A stretch of 64,000 bases of DNA from a virus, in the IMG/VR virus record IMGVR_UViG_3300018080_008418. The stretch is one strand, 5' to 3'. The notes under the pieces were generated by a model. It ran no database searches. It was not told the origin of the DNA and saw only the letters and a list, made by a program, of their open reading frames with translations. Shown one piece after another: positions 1-9,569 of the stretch (position 1 is the stretch's first letter; the number at the start of each line of letters is the position of its first letter). The position numbers were made by a program, and so were the translations under genes.

Positions 1-261
1 CTAGCGGAACTGTTCTTCGCCTTGTTCGTTGATGTAGTGGACGACATACCCCTTGGTCGAGAAGTATTTGCGGAAGACTTGAATTCTACCTGCATGGATT
101 TTTCGGTGGCATAGAGTACAGCAGGTGACGGTGTTGTGGCGGGTGTATTTCCCGCCTTCTGATCCTGGAATAATGCGGTGTACATCAAGAAGAGCGTAAT
201 CGTCTTCTCCGCAAAAGTGGCACACCTTGTCTATGAGCTTGAACTGCTGTTTCTTTTTCAT
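1..261 (-). CDS. HNH endonuclease
   Basis: 86 aa; CHFCG...H...TCCTLCHRKIH zinc/HNH motif; complete ORF with stop at window edge. Confidence 0.75.
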   Translation of the reverse strand: MKKKQQFKLIDKVCHFCGEDDYALLDVHRIIPGSEGGKYTRHNTVTCCTLCHRKIHAGRIQVFRKYFSTKGYVVHYINEQGEEQFR

Positions 262-318
262 TTCTTTTCATGTCTATTATCTCATAAATACCAGTGTGAT
301 CCAAAGGAGGAGACGAGA

Positions 319-534
319 ATGAATAACTTTTACATTCTTTTCGCTGGTGCTTGGCTGGCTGTTGTTCTCTTCTGTGGATGCCCACAACAGGATCAAGATG
401 TTCTGCCGCCCTACACAGGTCCAGATTACTGTCCTGTTGACATCCAAGAAGTTGAGCCGCCGCCAAGAGAGCCCGAAGTTACTCCTCGTCCAGAACCACC
501 GCCACGGCCCTCGCCGCCGCCCGGAGGTGGGTGA
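319..534 (+). CDS. Pro-rich small lipoprotein (hypothetical)
   Basis: RBS AAGGAGG 9 nt upstream of ATG 319; signal peptide with lipobox LFCGC; PRPEPPPRPSPPP tail; longer ORF 178.. overlaps HNH on opposite strand so trimmed. Confidence 0.4.
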   Translation: MNNFYILFAGAWLAVVLFCGCPQQDQDVLPPYTGPDYCPVDIQEVEPPPREPEVTPRPEPPPRPSPPPGGG

Positions 535-584
535 AGGCCGAGGTGTGAAGGCTGTGCAGTTTGTACAGCAAAAGAAGCCGAAAC

Positions 585-664
585 CCTTGACAAATAAGGA
601 GTTCGGCCTACAATATAGTAGTGGCCCGCCGACGTTTACAATTGAGCGTCGGTGGGCTACAATA
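585..664 (+). promoter_or_regulatory. tandem sigma70-like promoters (TTGACA-N16-TACAAT; TTTACA-N17-TACAAT) upstream of tmRNA
   Basis: near-consensus -35/-10 hexamers with 16-17 bp spacing, immediately upstream of tmRNA 5' end. Confidence 0.5.
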
Positions 665-675
665 CTAGCAGATTC

Positions 676-1052
676 GGGGGGCGCTCCGGTTTCGACTGGG
701 TAGGCTGAACCTGAGTTGCGTGTCGTGGTTGGTCAGCAGGCCACGTAAAAAGCCGACCAAACAATTTTACTTGTCGAAACACCGACATACCGCATGGCTG
801 CGTAAGCTGTGCCGGGTTTAGGAAGCTCGCCCAAGGCGTCCGACAACCCGTCGCAAATTTGGGATAGCCCTGGTTCATGTGGCTACGGCCTGGGTGAAAC
901 AGGTTGTCACTGGTGGACCCGCCGAGTGCGGCCCTGTCGATCTGAACCTTGGTTCACTGTGGTTTGGGTCGGCGAGATTGAACAGTGAACTACACACGTA
1001 GATGCTTGGCGGATGTTACCGCAGGACAGGGGTTCGATTCCCCTCGCCTCCA
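676..1052 (+). ncRNA. ssrA: tmRNA (ssrA)
   Basis: 5' GGGGGCGCUCCGGUUUCGACUGGG resembles tmRNA 5' end; 3' GGACAGGGGUUCGAUUCCCCUCGCCUCCA T-arm/acceptor; acceptor pairs 7 bp with G3:U70; internal tag ORF GCC-GAC...ATGGCTGCGTAA (ADQTILLVETPTYRMAA*); no encoded CCA (ACTT trailer). Confidence 0.65.
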
Positions 1053-1107
1053 CTTGGCTATGCGAAGCTTGCTTTTGCCAGGGCCGCTCCGCATGCCAAA
1101 TTCACGA

Positions 1108-1143
1108 AGCCGCACGGCCTTAGGGCCGTGCGGCTTTTTCTTT
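1108..1143 (+). terminator. rho-independent terminator after tmRNA
   Basis: AGCCGCACGGCC-TTAG-GGCCGTGCGGCT hairpin followed by TTTTTCTTT. Confidence 0.6.
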
Positions 1144-1158
1144 ATCCCACCGCTGGGA

Positions 1159-1186
1159 TTGACATTTTGCCATTTCTGCCTAGAAT
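1159..1186 (+). promoter_or_regulatory. sigma70-like promoter TTGACA-N16-TAGAAT
   Basis: consensus -35, 16-bp spacer, TAGAAT -10. Confidence 0.45.
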
Positions 1187-1373
1187 ATAGTAGCTCTTCG
1201 AGTTCCCCAGGGAACGAGCACGAAGAGGTTTCAGTTGCGGCCCGCCGAGGAGGCTCGCAGGGCACAATCCCACTTCAGCCTGCCGTCACCTCGGTGGGTT
1301 TTTCAAAAAACACAAACGGATTGTACGGGGCACGCCCCGATTATTCCCCCCACCTTGTTTCATGGAGGATAAC

Positions 1374-1649
1374 ATGAAACGTCTTTCTTTGTTGGTGATT
1401 CTGTTGGCTGCCGTTGCATTCGTCGTGGGCTGCCAGCCCGCAGAATCCCAAGGGGCAGAGCCCGCATGCTGCCCGACTGTGTGTGCCGCTGTTGACGGCA
1501 CTTGTTGTCCCGCCACTTGCCACCAGCCCGTGCGAAAGATTGTGCGGGGCGCTGTTTGTGTGGCAACGGCACCCGTTCGATTTGTCGTGGAGAAGAAACC
1601 GGTGCGCCGCTTGTTCTGGCGTGTTCGATGCAGACGATGTTGCTATTAA
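1374..1649 (+). CDS. Cys-rich small lipoprotein (hypothetical)
   Basis: RBS GGAGG upstream of ATG 1374; MKRLSLLVILLAAVAFVVGC lipobox; many CC/CxxC pairs. Confidence 0.45.
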   Translation: MKRLSLLVILLAAVAFVVGCQPAESQGAEPACCPTVCAAVDGTCCPATCHQPVRKIVRGAVCVATAPVRFVVEKKPVRRLFWRVRCRRCCY

Positions 1650-1789
1650 GCGATCTTCTTGGCCAGCCACGGCCATGAAGTTCCTCCTAACCGGACATGG
1701 GCCGTTGGCCCATGCCCGGTTTTTTCATGGATTGACAAACAACACTTCCTGACTTACAATTCTTTGCCGTTCGTTTCTTTCCCCATGCC

Positions 1790-4435
1790 GTGTGTTCAAT
1801 GAAGGAGAACACTGTGAACCCCGAAGGAAAAAGAGAACTTGCATTACCTCCCGGCTCCTACGCCTACATTCAGGATGAAAGCAAGGGGCCAATCCGAGTC
1901 CACGTTGGTGCCAGCGTCATCAACCAAACCGCCCAAGATCGTCCGTGCGTGTACGATCATCAAACACGCCAGTTCAAGCCGGTCGAATTGCATCAGTCCG
2001 TTCGACAGTTCACTCTCGCCGGGGAAGGCGACTACATTGTTCTCGAAAACCCGGCTGCGACCGGGGCGTTCCCCAAAGAAGGAACGACGGAGAACGCCCC
2101 CGAATTGCTGATGGGTCGGAAGCTCAATATTCCGGGGCCGGTCAGCTTCGCCCTGTATCCGGGCCAATGGGCCACGCAGGTGGCGGGCCACAATCTGCGG
2201 TCGAATGAATTCCTCATCGTCCGAATCTACAACGAGGAAGAAGCCGCCAAGAACTGGTCGAAGGCCGTTCTGAAAACTAAAACCGGCGACAGCGAATCGA
2301 CCGAAGAAGAAACGGAAGCGGTCACCAAGTCGGCGGATGAATTGAATTTGACGATGGGCAAGCTGCTCATTATCAAGGGGACGGATGTCAGCTTTTACAT
2401 TCCGCCCACCGGCGTCGAAGTTCTGAAAGACCCGAACACGGGTCAATACGTTCGTCAGGCCGTGACGTTGGAACGCTTGGAATACTGCATCCTCATTGAC
2501 GAGGACGGCAACAAGCGTTACGAGCGGGGACCGCAGGTGGTGTTCCCCGAGCCCACGGAAGAATTCTTCACGAAGGGCGGCAAGCGAAAGTTCACTGCCA
2601 TCGAGTTGAATGAGATCCAAGGCATTCACATCAAGGTCATCGCTCCGTACAACGATGATGGCAGCGCCGTGGATGACCCCGAGAAGGCCGACCACAAGGA
2701 AGGCGACGAGCTTTTCATCAAGGGCGATGAGTGCGCCATCTACTTCCCCCGCCCCGAACACAGCATCATTCGCTACGGTGAGGGGGATCAAAAACAGGAC
2801 AAGCATTACGCTACGGCCATCCCCGTGGGCGAAGGTCGCTACGTGATGAATCGTCGGGACGGCACGATCAAAACGGTGGTCGGCCCGAAGATGCTTCTGC
2901 CCGATCCTCGCTACGAGGTCATCGTTCGCCGCATTTTGTCGGACAAGGAAGTTGATCTTTGGTATCCCGGCAACACCGAAGCCCTGCAATACAACCGACA
3001 ACTTCGTGCGGCCAGTGCTTCGGAAACGGCGCAGTTCGTTTCGGACGATGAACTGCGGGCGAAGCATGCAATTCGTACTCGTGGTGCCACTCGTGGCCTG
3101 GGGGTGCAGACTATCGGTGCAGTGGCCGCTGACATGGCCGACTTCGAGGGCTACGAAGAAGCCGGTTCGGGCATGGTTGGCGAAGAATTCGAGCGACGTT
3201 CCCGACACACCAAGCCTCGCACGCTCACGCTCGACACGAAGTTCGAGGGTGTGCCGAAGATCCAGGTGTGGACGGGTTACGCCGTGATGCTCGTCAAGGC
3301 CAACGGTGACCGTCGTGTTGAAATCGGTCCCAAGCGGATCTTGTTGGACTACGACGAGACGTTGGAAGTTCTGGAGTTGTCCACGGGCAAACCCAAGAAC
3401 ACCGACAACCTGAAGAAGACGGTGTACCTGCGGACCAAGAATAACAAGGTCAGCGACATCGTGATGGTCGAGACCAAAGACCACGCTCCGATCTCCGTGA
3501 AGATGTCCTACAAGGTCAACTTCGAGAACGAACCCACGCTTTGGTTTGACAGCGACAACTACGTCAAGCTGCTTTGCGATCACGTGCGGAGCATGCTCAA
3601 AGGTTCCGTTCGCAAGACCGAAGTCGAAACCTTTTACGGTGACGGCGAAGCCATCGTTCGGGACATCATTCTCGGTAAGAAAGTGCCTCCTTCGGGCGCA
3701 CCTGAGGGTCTCAAGGCCAAGGCCACCCGCCCATTCCTCATCTTTGAGGAGAACGGCATGAAGGTGGCGGACGTTGAAATCCTCGGCATCAAGATCGAGG
3801 ACGATAGGATCGCCCAACTGCTGTCTGGCGCTCAACGTCGCACGGTGGAGCAGAACATCGAACTGAACCGTGCCGAAAAAGATCTCAAGGTGCGAAAGCG
3901 CAAGGAAGAGATCGATCAAGAAATTGCCGAGGCAGAACAGAAGACCGTCAGCCTCAAGAACAAGCTGCAAATCCTCGGCATCGAGGAAACGCAACAGGTT
4001 CAAGCGGCAGCGGCCACCTCCAACCAGCAACGGGAAGAACAGGCCAAGTTGTTGGCAGATCTTCAACAGGCCGTGCAACAAGTGGCGTTTGATGCCGATT
4101 TGGCTCGTCGGAAAGATAACGCTGCCCAAGTGCAGGCCGAAGAGGAAGCCAAGCTTGCCACCGACAAGGCTCGCCTGGAGGCCGAGACGAAGGCAGTCGT
4201 GGACAAGTTTGCCGCAGCCCAACCGGCTTTCGCCGAGTGCATCCTGGCCTTGTCGAATGCCGAAACCCTCACCAAGATCGCTCAGGCGCACAGCGTCGAA
4301 ACCCTCATTGGGGGCGAGAGCGTCGTAGACGCCCTCAAGAAGATCTTCGGTGACGGTGTGTTGCAGGACGGTCTTGGCAACATCACCAACCGGATGAGAG
4401 GCGGCAAGCCCGCCATGGCCAGCCCCAGGGATTAA
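1790..4435 (+). CDS. Major vault protein (MVP) homolog
   Basis: 881 aa; N-terminal repeats resemble vault repeats (LALPPGSYAYIQDESKGPIRVHVG vs MVP IRIPPYHYIHVLD..VSRVEVGP); shoulder-like segment ELSTGKPKN..VMVETKDHAPISVKMSYKVNFE resembles MVP [31 protein letters not shown]; long C-terminal coiled coil. Start uncertain (ATG 1790/1799 or GTG 1815 after AAGGAG). Confidence 0.65.
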   Translation: MCSMKENTVNPEGKRELALPPGSYAYIQDESKGPIRVHVGASVINQTAQDRPCVYDHQTRQFKPVELHQSVRQFTLAGEGDYIVLENPAATGAFPKEGTTENAPELLMGRKLNIPGPVSFALYPGQWATQVAGHNLRSNEFLIVRIYNEEEAAKNWSKAVLKTKTGDSESTEEETEAVTKSADELNLTMGKLLIIKGTDVSFYIPPTGVEVLKDPNTGQYVRQAVTLERLEYCILIDEDGNKRYERGPQVVFPEPTEEFFTKGGKRKFTAIELNEIQGIHIKVIAPYNDDGSAVDDPEKADHKEGDELFIKGDECAIYFPRPEHSIIRYGEGDQKQDKHYATAIPVGEGRYVMNRRDGTIKTVVGPKMLLPDPRYEVIVRRILSDKEVDLWYPGNTEALQYNRQLRAASASETAQFVSDDELRAKHAIRTRGATRGLGVQTIGAVAADMADFEGYEEAGSGMVGEEFERRSRHTKPRTLTLDTKFEGVPKIQVWTGYAVMLVKANGDRRVEIGPKRILLDYDETLEVLELSTGKPKNTDNLKKTVYLRTKNNKVSDIVMVETKDHAPISVKMSYKVNFENEPTLWFDSDNYVKLLCDHVRSMLKGSVRKTEVETFYGDGEAIVRDIILGKKVPPSGAPEGLKAKATRPFLIFEENGMKVADVEILGIKIEDDRIAQLLSGAQRRTVEQNIELNRAEKDLKVRKRKEEIDQEIAEAEQKTVSLKNKLQILGIEETQQVQAAAATSNQQREEQAKLLADLQQAVQQVAFDADLARRKDNAAQVQAEEEAKLATDKARLEAETKAVVDKFAAAQPAFAECILALSNAETLTKIAQAHSVETLIGGESVVDALKKIFGDGVLQDGLGNITNRMRGGKPAMASPRD

Positions 4436-4458
4436 CGGTCGGCCCGCACCACCGCCGA

Positions 4459-4489
4459 GCCCACCCGGCCTAGCCGGGTGGGCTTTTTT
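4459..4489 (+). terminator. rho-independent terminator
   Basis: GCCCACCCGGCC-TAG-CCGGGTGGGC + TTTTTT; same stem reused at 25844 and 36481. Confidence 0.65.
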
Positions 4490-4511
4490 CGTTGAATAGC
4501 TAAATAGTCAT

Positions 4512-5351
4512 ATGAAATCAGGGTTAAATTTTAGAACGTGGATGGAAATGTACTCTCGGCCTGTTTTGGGGTTGAAGAGGTATTTGCTCGACAGGCCCAT
4601 GGACGCCTACGACAATACGTTTTGGATTGTTCAGTGGCTAGAAAGCAATCCTGATGTCGCAGATGACCATCAAGTTGACACCGACAAACTCCAAGCCATG
4701 TTGAATGATAGTAATTATGATGGGGTTCATGAGATTCTTGAAAAGGTGGTCGGTAGGTTGACTCCCGACCAGCGGCAGGAGATCGCCGACTACATCAACC
4801 GTCATGATTCATCCGAGGCCCCCACTTGGAGCCATATGGATTACAGCCGAATGGTAAAGCCCAACACGTGGTTGATACACTTCAGCGATGAAGCCCACGC
4901 CATTTCTTACAAGGGATTTACGAGGGGGGTGGACGATCTTACGAAGCTGGGACTAACGACCTATCTGGGAAAGGACATGAAAGACTATGGCGGGTACAAT
5001 TTCGCCTTTCGTGCGGATGGGCGACATGCGAATTGGGCGGCACACAAGAACAAGTACGGTGAGGCTGCTGTGATGTTCCGTGCTTCTGGCGTGGAGGCGT
5101 ATCACTACGGAGATGAAGAAGACCAAGTAATCTTTTATGGGTCTTCGGTGGACCCAGGCCAAGTGGTTTTATTGACACGGGATGAAGGGGATTGGTGTGT
5201 GAACATGGAGGGCGCACGTAGCGACAGGGAGTGCGCCTTCCGAGGGGACTTCTCGAATGCGGTTCAATGGGTGATGAGAAACTTCGATCAATATCGAAAG
5301 AGGATAACAAATAGCATGCAGAAGTGGAAGCGGCCTACTTGGGTGGCGTAG
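4512..5351 (+). CDS. hypothetical protein (NFRTW N-terminal motif family)
   Basis: 279 aa ORF; N-terminus LNFRTWMEM shared with ORFs at 38239 and 38727. Confidence 0.5.
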   Translation: MKSGLNFRTWMEMYSRPVLGLKRYLLDRPMDAYDNTFWIVQWLESNPDVADDHQVDTDKLQAMLNDSNYDGVHEILEKVVGRLTPDQRQEIADYINRHDSSEAPTWSHMDYSRMVKPNTWLIHFSDEAHAISYKGFTRGVDDLTKLGLTTYLGKDMKDYGGYNFAFRADGRHANWAAHKNKYGEAAVMFRASGVEAYHYGDEEDQVIFYGSSVDPGQVVLLTRDEGDWCVNMEGARSDRECAFRGDFSNAVQWVMRNFDQYRKRITNSMQKWKRPTWVA

Positions 5352-5559
5352 AGTCTTCTACGCCCCACTTGATCCAGTTGTACCAGATTCGTTCATGGAT
5401 ATAGTACAGGATAATTTTGAAAACGAAATCGGAGACGCCAATGAGGCCCCCGATTTTTACATCGCCGGTGAGAGCGAAGCCAATGCAGGCTGTGATAAGG
5501 CTGCCCCCGACTCGGTAGGTAATGGCTTTAAGAAGATGTCTTTTCCTACTGACTGACAT
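5335..5559 (-). CDS. small membrane protein (DUF2061-like)
   Basis: 74 aa; KAITYRVGGSLITA...GLIGV two-TM pattern typical of DUF2061-type proteins. Confidence 0.4.
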   Translation of the reverse strand: MSVSRKRHLLKAITYRVGGSLITACIGFALTGDVKIGGLIGVSDFVFKIILYYIHERIWYNWIKWGVEDSTPPK

Positions 5560-5564
5560 GTGGA

Positions 5565-6329
5565 CTATGCAATTTTCTTTCCACGGACTTCCTCTTCGGT
5601 GGCGGCTCGCCCTTCAACCGGAACGAATAGGTTAACCACATGGAATCCTGGCTTGTAATAGACCCCATCATATCCTGCCTCTTCGATCAGTCCAAACATT
5701 TTATCGAAATCGTAGTTCGTGCCGACCAGTCGTGTCTCTTCTTTGAACCCGAGGGGGTCTTGGATTATGTTGTAAATTCTATCGGCGGGAAATTCTGCGA
5801 CATATAGATGGTTGCCCACCAGCCCTTCTTTTTCATCGATGTCCAGGTAAAAGAAGGTTCTTGGCTTGCTGCTGCGGTTGAAGTCGTTACGGGAATATCC
5901 GTGTGCTTTACCCGCCGCCCTCTTGGGGTCGATTAGATAGGTCTCTCCACGGTCGCCGTGTGAATAGCGATAAAGGCGTACAATTCCCCCTGGCAATACA
6001 AACTGTGATGGAACGCCTGCCATTGGGCCGCTCACACTCTCTAGCCATTTCTTGAAGTGCAGGGCGTGTTCTGTTTTTTCTCTTGTTGCCGTCATATGCA
6101 CAAAGCTTTTGCCCCCTCGGCGATAGGCGGGAGTTTTATCAACATCCCATCTGCGGGTTCTCCACCAACGTTCCAGACTTTTGGCTTCCTTGCTGGAAAG
6201 TGCCCTATCCCCTGTTAAATCGAGCTTCTTTGCTTTCTTCATGCAATTATCTATGAATCTTTCTTCTATTATGCCATAGGAGATTGATTCATGAAAAGAG
6301 TTGATGAAAGTAAGTTGCCCGGCGTACAC
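5565..6329 (-). CDS. hypothetical protein
   Basis: 254 aa ORF on minus strand, no recognised motifs. Confidence 0.45.
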   Translation of the reverse strand: MYAGQLTFINSFHESISYGIIEERFIDNCMKKAKKLDLTGDRALSSKEAKSLERWWRTRRWDVDKTPAYRRGGKSFVHMTATREKTEHALHFKKWLESVSGPMAGVPSQFVLPGGIVRLYRYSHGDRGETYLIDPKRAAGKAHGYSRNDFNRSSKPRTFFYLDIDEKEGLVGNHLYVAEFPADRIYNIIQDPLGFKEETRLVGTNYDFDKMFGLIEEAGYDGVYYKPGFHVVNLFVPVEGRAATEEEVRGKKIA

Positions 6330-6812
6330 ATTTTTGAAATTCCCAAATTCGAGGATGGCCGTGGTTGGCTGATGGAACTATTTCGTTCAGATGAACTTGA
6401 GTTTATGCCAGAGATGGCGTATGTTAGCCAGACTTTGCCCGGTGTCATGCGTGGCCCGCACGAGCACGCAGAACAAACTGACTTTTTTGTGTTCATCGGG
6501 CCGGGGGATTTTGAGTTGCATTTGTGGGGGCCACCGGGCAATTGGATTGCTCCCGCTGCCAGGGGCGGTCCTAAACAGCTTCCGGATTTACATGAAATTC
6601 ACGAGGTAGGCGAGAGCCGACCTAGAGCAGTGGTTGTGCCTCCTGGAGTGATCCATGGATACAAGTGTGTATCCGAGGCTTCAGGCATCGTGTTCAATGC
6701 ACCGGACGCACTTTACGCAGGCCCAGGCAAGATGTATCCAGTGGATGAAATCCGCCATGAAGACGATCCAGAACACGTGAAGTGGCTCTTGGATCTGCCA
6801 TTCTCCTTCTGA
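6291..6812 (+). CDS. RmlC-like cupin (dTDP-4-dehydrorhamnose 3,5-epimerase family)
   Basis: FEDGRGWLMELFR and RGPHEH motifs typical of RmlC cupins. Confidence 0.6.
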   Translation: MKRVDESKLPGVHIFEIPKFEDGRGWLMELFRSDELEFMPEMAYVSQTLPGVMRGPHEHAEQTDFFVFIGPGDFELHLWGPPGNWIAPAARGGPKQLPDLHEIHEVGESRPRAVVVPPGVIHGYKCVSEASGIVFNAPDALYAGPGKMYPVDEIRHEDDPEHVKWLLDLPFSF

Positions 6813-6841
6813 AAAATTTATTAACGACACTACTATAGCGT

Positions 6842-7108
6842 ATGTATCGATGCGACATTTGCGGCTGTCTCGTGCCCCCTGGCACGAGATGCAACAAGAT
6901 TGTTTCCAAACAGAGGGAGAAGGTATATCCCCATCGCAAAAAAGCCAATCCTGGCTTTCTGAAGAAGTTCGGTGTGCAGACTTCGCTCCGTAGCAGGCGA
7001 AACAGCGACAGAAATGACGATTCTGGTGGCGAGGGCCACGAAACAGCCAAGGAAATCAACGCCTGTCCGAAATGCTTCCTGGAGCACCAAAAAAGTAATT
7101 CTGGCTGA
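6842..7108 (+). CDS. zinc-ribbon protein (hypothetical)
   Basis: CDICGC...CNK and CPKC pairs; no clear SD. Confidence 0.3.
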   Translation: MYRCDICGCLVPPGTRCNKIVSKQREKVYPHRKKANPGFLKKFGVQTSLRSRRNSDRNDDSGGEGHETAKEINACPKCFLEHQKSNSG

Positions 7109-7189
7109 ACTTTACAATCCCAATTTCCAGGGCTACAATATCTGCACAAGCACTTTGCCGTTTCTCAACCGAACACGAAGGAAAACGCC

Positions 7190-7429
7190 GTGAGCATATC
7201 TGAGCGGGTGATCGATGTGATTGCCCAGCAAATAGGGGTGGAGCCCGAGAACGTAAGCAGGTCTTCCACCATGCAATCGTTGGGGGCCGATTCCCTGGAC
7301 ACAGTGGAAGCGGTGATGGAACTTGAGGAAGAGTTCGACATCAGCATCTCCGACGATGCCTTTTCCGACATTGCATGCACCACCGTGGGAGACATCATCG
7401 CCTTTGTTGAGGATAAAACAAACCGATGA
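7190..7429 (+). CDS. acpP: acyl carrier protein
   Basis: 79 aa; LGADSLDTVE phosphopantetheine-attachment motif; GTG start after AAGGAAAA. Confidence 0.8.
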   Translation: MSISERVIDVIAQQIGVEPENVSRSSTMQSLGADSLDTVEAVMELEEEFDISISDDAFSDIACTTVGDIIAFVEDKTNR

Positions 7430-7932
7430 AAGTGATTTCTGGCGGGCAAACCGGAGCGGACTTCGGTGGGCTTGCAGCAGCTTACCAGTTTGGTTTGGAG
7501 ACTGGCGGCTGGATGCCACCGGGCTTTATGACTGAGGCTGGATCGAAGCCCCATTGGGCAAAAAAGTTTGGACTCAAGACAATTGCAACAAGTGGGCATC
7601 CGGTTGCGGATTATGTCGCTCGAACTTACGCCAATGCACGAGACTCCGATGCGACAATTCGATTCGCAACCCACTTCGATTCCAAGGGCGAGAAATGCAC
7701 TCTCCGTGCAATCAAAAAATTCGACAAGCCCTATTGTGATGTCAACCCTGACAACCCACCACCTGTTTCGGATGTGGTGGATTGGATAATCCAAAATGAC
7801 GTAAAGGTTCTGAATGTAGCGGGAAATCGTGAGAGCAAAAGTCCTGGCCTGGGAAGATTCGTAATCGGTTTCCTGTCCCAAGTATTCCAAGAAATGGGCC
7901 ACAAGCAAAAGGAGGAGTTCCGTGGAAAGTAA
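7426..7932 (+). CDS. SLOG-fold protein (YpsA / MoCo-carrier-like)
   Basis: N-terminal ISGGQTGADFGGLAAA matches the GGQTG(A/V)D signature of the MoCo-carrier/SLOG family. Confidence 0.5.
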   Translation: MKVISGGQTGADFGGLAAAYQFGLETGGWMPPGFMTEAGSKPHWAKKFGLKTIATSGHPVADYVARTYANARDSDATIRFATHFDSKGEKCTLRAIKKFDKPYCDVNPDNPPPVSDVVDWIIQNDVKVLNVAGNRESKSPGLGRFVIGFLSQVFQEMGHKQKEEFRGK

Positions 7933-9523
7933 CATGCCAAAATGGTTGGTTCTCGGTGCCATTGTGATCGTGTTTGTGCTGTTTGTTCCGCTCTTCGTGT
8001 ACAACGAGTGCCGGATCAACGTGCCGTCGTATCACCAAGCCGTACTCATCAAGCGCACCGGCAAAGATTTGCCGAACAGCCTGGAAATTGCCCCCGACGC
8101 TTCGTACAAGGGCGTCCAGGCAGAAGTGCTCGGTGAAGGTCGCTACTATTACAACCCGTACAGTTGGGATTGGGTTGTGGTTCCGCAGATTGAAATTCCC
8201 GAAGGCAAGCTGGGTGTTCTCACTCGGCTGTTTGGCGACCAGCCCAAGGATGGCGGCATTATTGCCTGGAACGAAAATGAGAAAGGCATTGTGCCCGATG
8301 TTCTCCGTCCCGGTCGTTATGCGATCAACGCCAAGTTGGAGGGCACGCCCGCCCGAGAGCAGGGCGACAGCTATCTTTATCACGTCGAGTTGTTCACGCC
8401 CGTTACGATCCCGGCAGGTTACAAAGGTATTGTGACGAACCTCAGTGCCGAAATGCCCGAAGACCCCAACGTTCTTTTGGTCGAGAACGGCAAGCGTGGC
8501 ATTCAGAAGGAAACACTCGCACCGGCCACGTACTATGTGAATCCGTACATCACACGGATCAACCTCCTTGATTGCCGCAGCCAGCGATTCAACCTGACTG
8601 GGGCCACCACGGATAAAGCCGCAGAAAGGTTTGGCTTCCCGACGAAGGATGGGTTCTGGGTTACCCTCGAAGGCATCATTGAATTCAGGGTCAAGCCCGA
8701 AGAGGCGGCGTCCGTTTTTGTGACTTATAACGACGCAACCAATGGCGATGCCATCGACGAGGAGATCATTTCTAAGATCATCCTGCCCAACGCCAGAAGT
8801 TATTGCCGCCTGCGAGGATCGAACCAGTCCGGTAAGGATTTCATCAGCGGCGATGCCCGAGTGGCCTTTCAAGAGGATTTCGAGAAGAACATTTTTGCCA
8901 CCTGTGATGCACAGGGGGTTGAAATCGTGCAGGCGTTGGTGACGAGAATTCGACCGCCCGAGAAGATTGCCGATCCCGTGCGTAAGCGTGAAATCGCCGT
9001 GCGAGAAGAAGAGCAGTTCGGTCGGCAGATTGAGCAACAACTTTCAGAACAACAGTTGAAAACTGAACAGATGTTGGTCGTTCAGAAGCAAGAATTGGTG
9101 GATGCCGAACGTCAGGTGGTCGAACAGGTCACTCAGGCCAATCAGGAAAAAGAGGTCGCCCTGGTTGAAGCCAATAAGCGATTGGCCGTTGCCCAGCTTC
9201 AACTGGATGCGGCTCAAGACAAGGCTGCCGCTGTTCTCGCCAAGGGCAAGGCCGAGGCCGACGTTATTGCGTTTGACAATGAGGCAACGGCTGCCGAATG
9301 GAAGAAGGCCATCGAGGCGTTCAGTGGCGACGGTGACGAATATGCCCGGTTTATTTTGTGGCAGAAGTTGGCCCCGTCCTTCCAAGACTTGATGGTCAAT
9401 ACGGCGGACTCGCCACTCATGGAGATTTTCAAGGCTTACGATGGCAGCGGCCCGAGGGCAGCGTCCCCGCCCCCGCCCCGAACCTCGCCTTCTCCCGTCG
9501 CCGTAACTCCGTCCAACAATTAA
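7922..9523 (+). CDS. SPFH/band-7 (flotillin-like) membrane protein 1
   Basis: N-terminal TM helix, PHB-like core, long E/Q/A-rich coiled coil, Pro-rich tail. Confidence 0.55.
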   Translation: MESNMPKWLVLGAIVIVFVLFVPLFVYNECRINVPSYHQAVLIKRTGKDLPNSLEIAPDASYKGVQAEVLGEGRYYYNPYSWDWVVVPQIEIPEGKLGVLTRLFGDQPKDGGIIAWNENEKGIVPDVLRPGRYAINAKLEGTPAREQGDSYLYHVELFTPVTIPAGYKGIVTNLSAEMPEDPNVLLVENGKRGIQKETLAPATYYVNPYITRINLLDCRSQRFNLTGATTDKAAERFGFPTKDGFWVTLEGIIEFRVKPEEAASVFVTYNDATNGDAIDEEIISKIILPNARSYCRLRGSNQSGKDFISGDARVAFQEDFEKNIFATCDAQGVEIVQALVTRIRPPEKIADPVRKREIAVREEEQFGRQIEQQLSEQQLKTEQMLVVQKQELVDAERQVVEQVTQANQEKEVALVEANKRLAVAQLQLDAAQDKAAAVLAKGKAEADVIAFDNEATAAEWKKAIEAFSGDGDEYARFILWQKLAPSFQDLMVNTADSPLMEIFKAYDGSGPRAASPPPPRTSPSPVAVTPSNN

Positions 9524-9569
9524 ACACGCCCTCGTCGTTCAGTGAACGCAAGAAAGGAGACTTTCCAAC

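Noticed and set aside
178-534. Full-length 118-aa ORF
   Set aside because: The N-terminal third overlaps the HNH gene on the opposite strand. A strong RBS precedes the internal Met at 319, so only 319..534 is kept.
347-878. ORFs 347..703 (+) and 657..878 (-)
   Set aside because: Overlap the tandem promoters and the tmRNA gene.
1844-4291. 815-aa minus-strand ORF
   Set aside because: Lies antisense to the MVP-homolog gene, which has clear homology and an RBS. Long antisense ORFs are expected in this GC-balanced, codon-biased region.
5565-6329. Possible ADP-ribosyltransferase/vPARP analog
   Set aside because: A superficial YRYSHGD resemblance to the PARP H-G-S motif is too weak to report as a function.
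7165-9040. Minus-strand ORFs 7165..8019 and 7742..9040
   Set aside because: Antisense to ACP, SLOG and SPFH genes, which have recognisable motifs.
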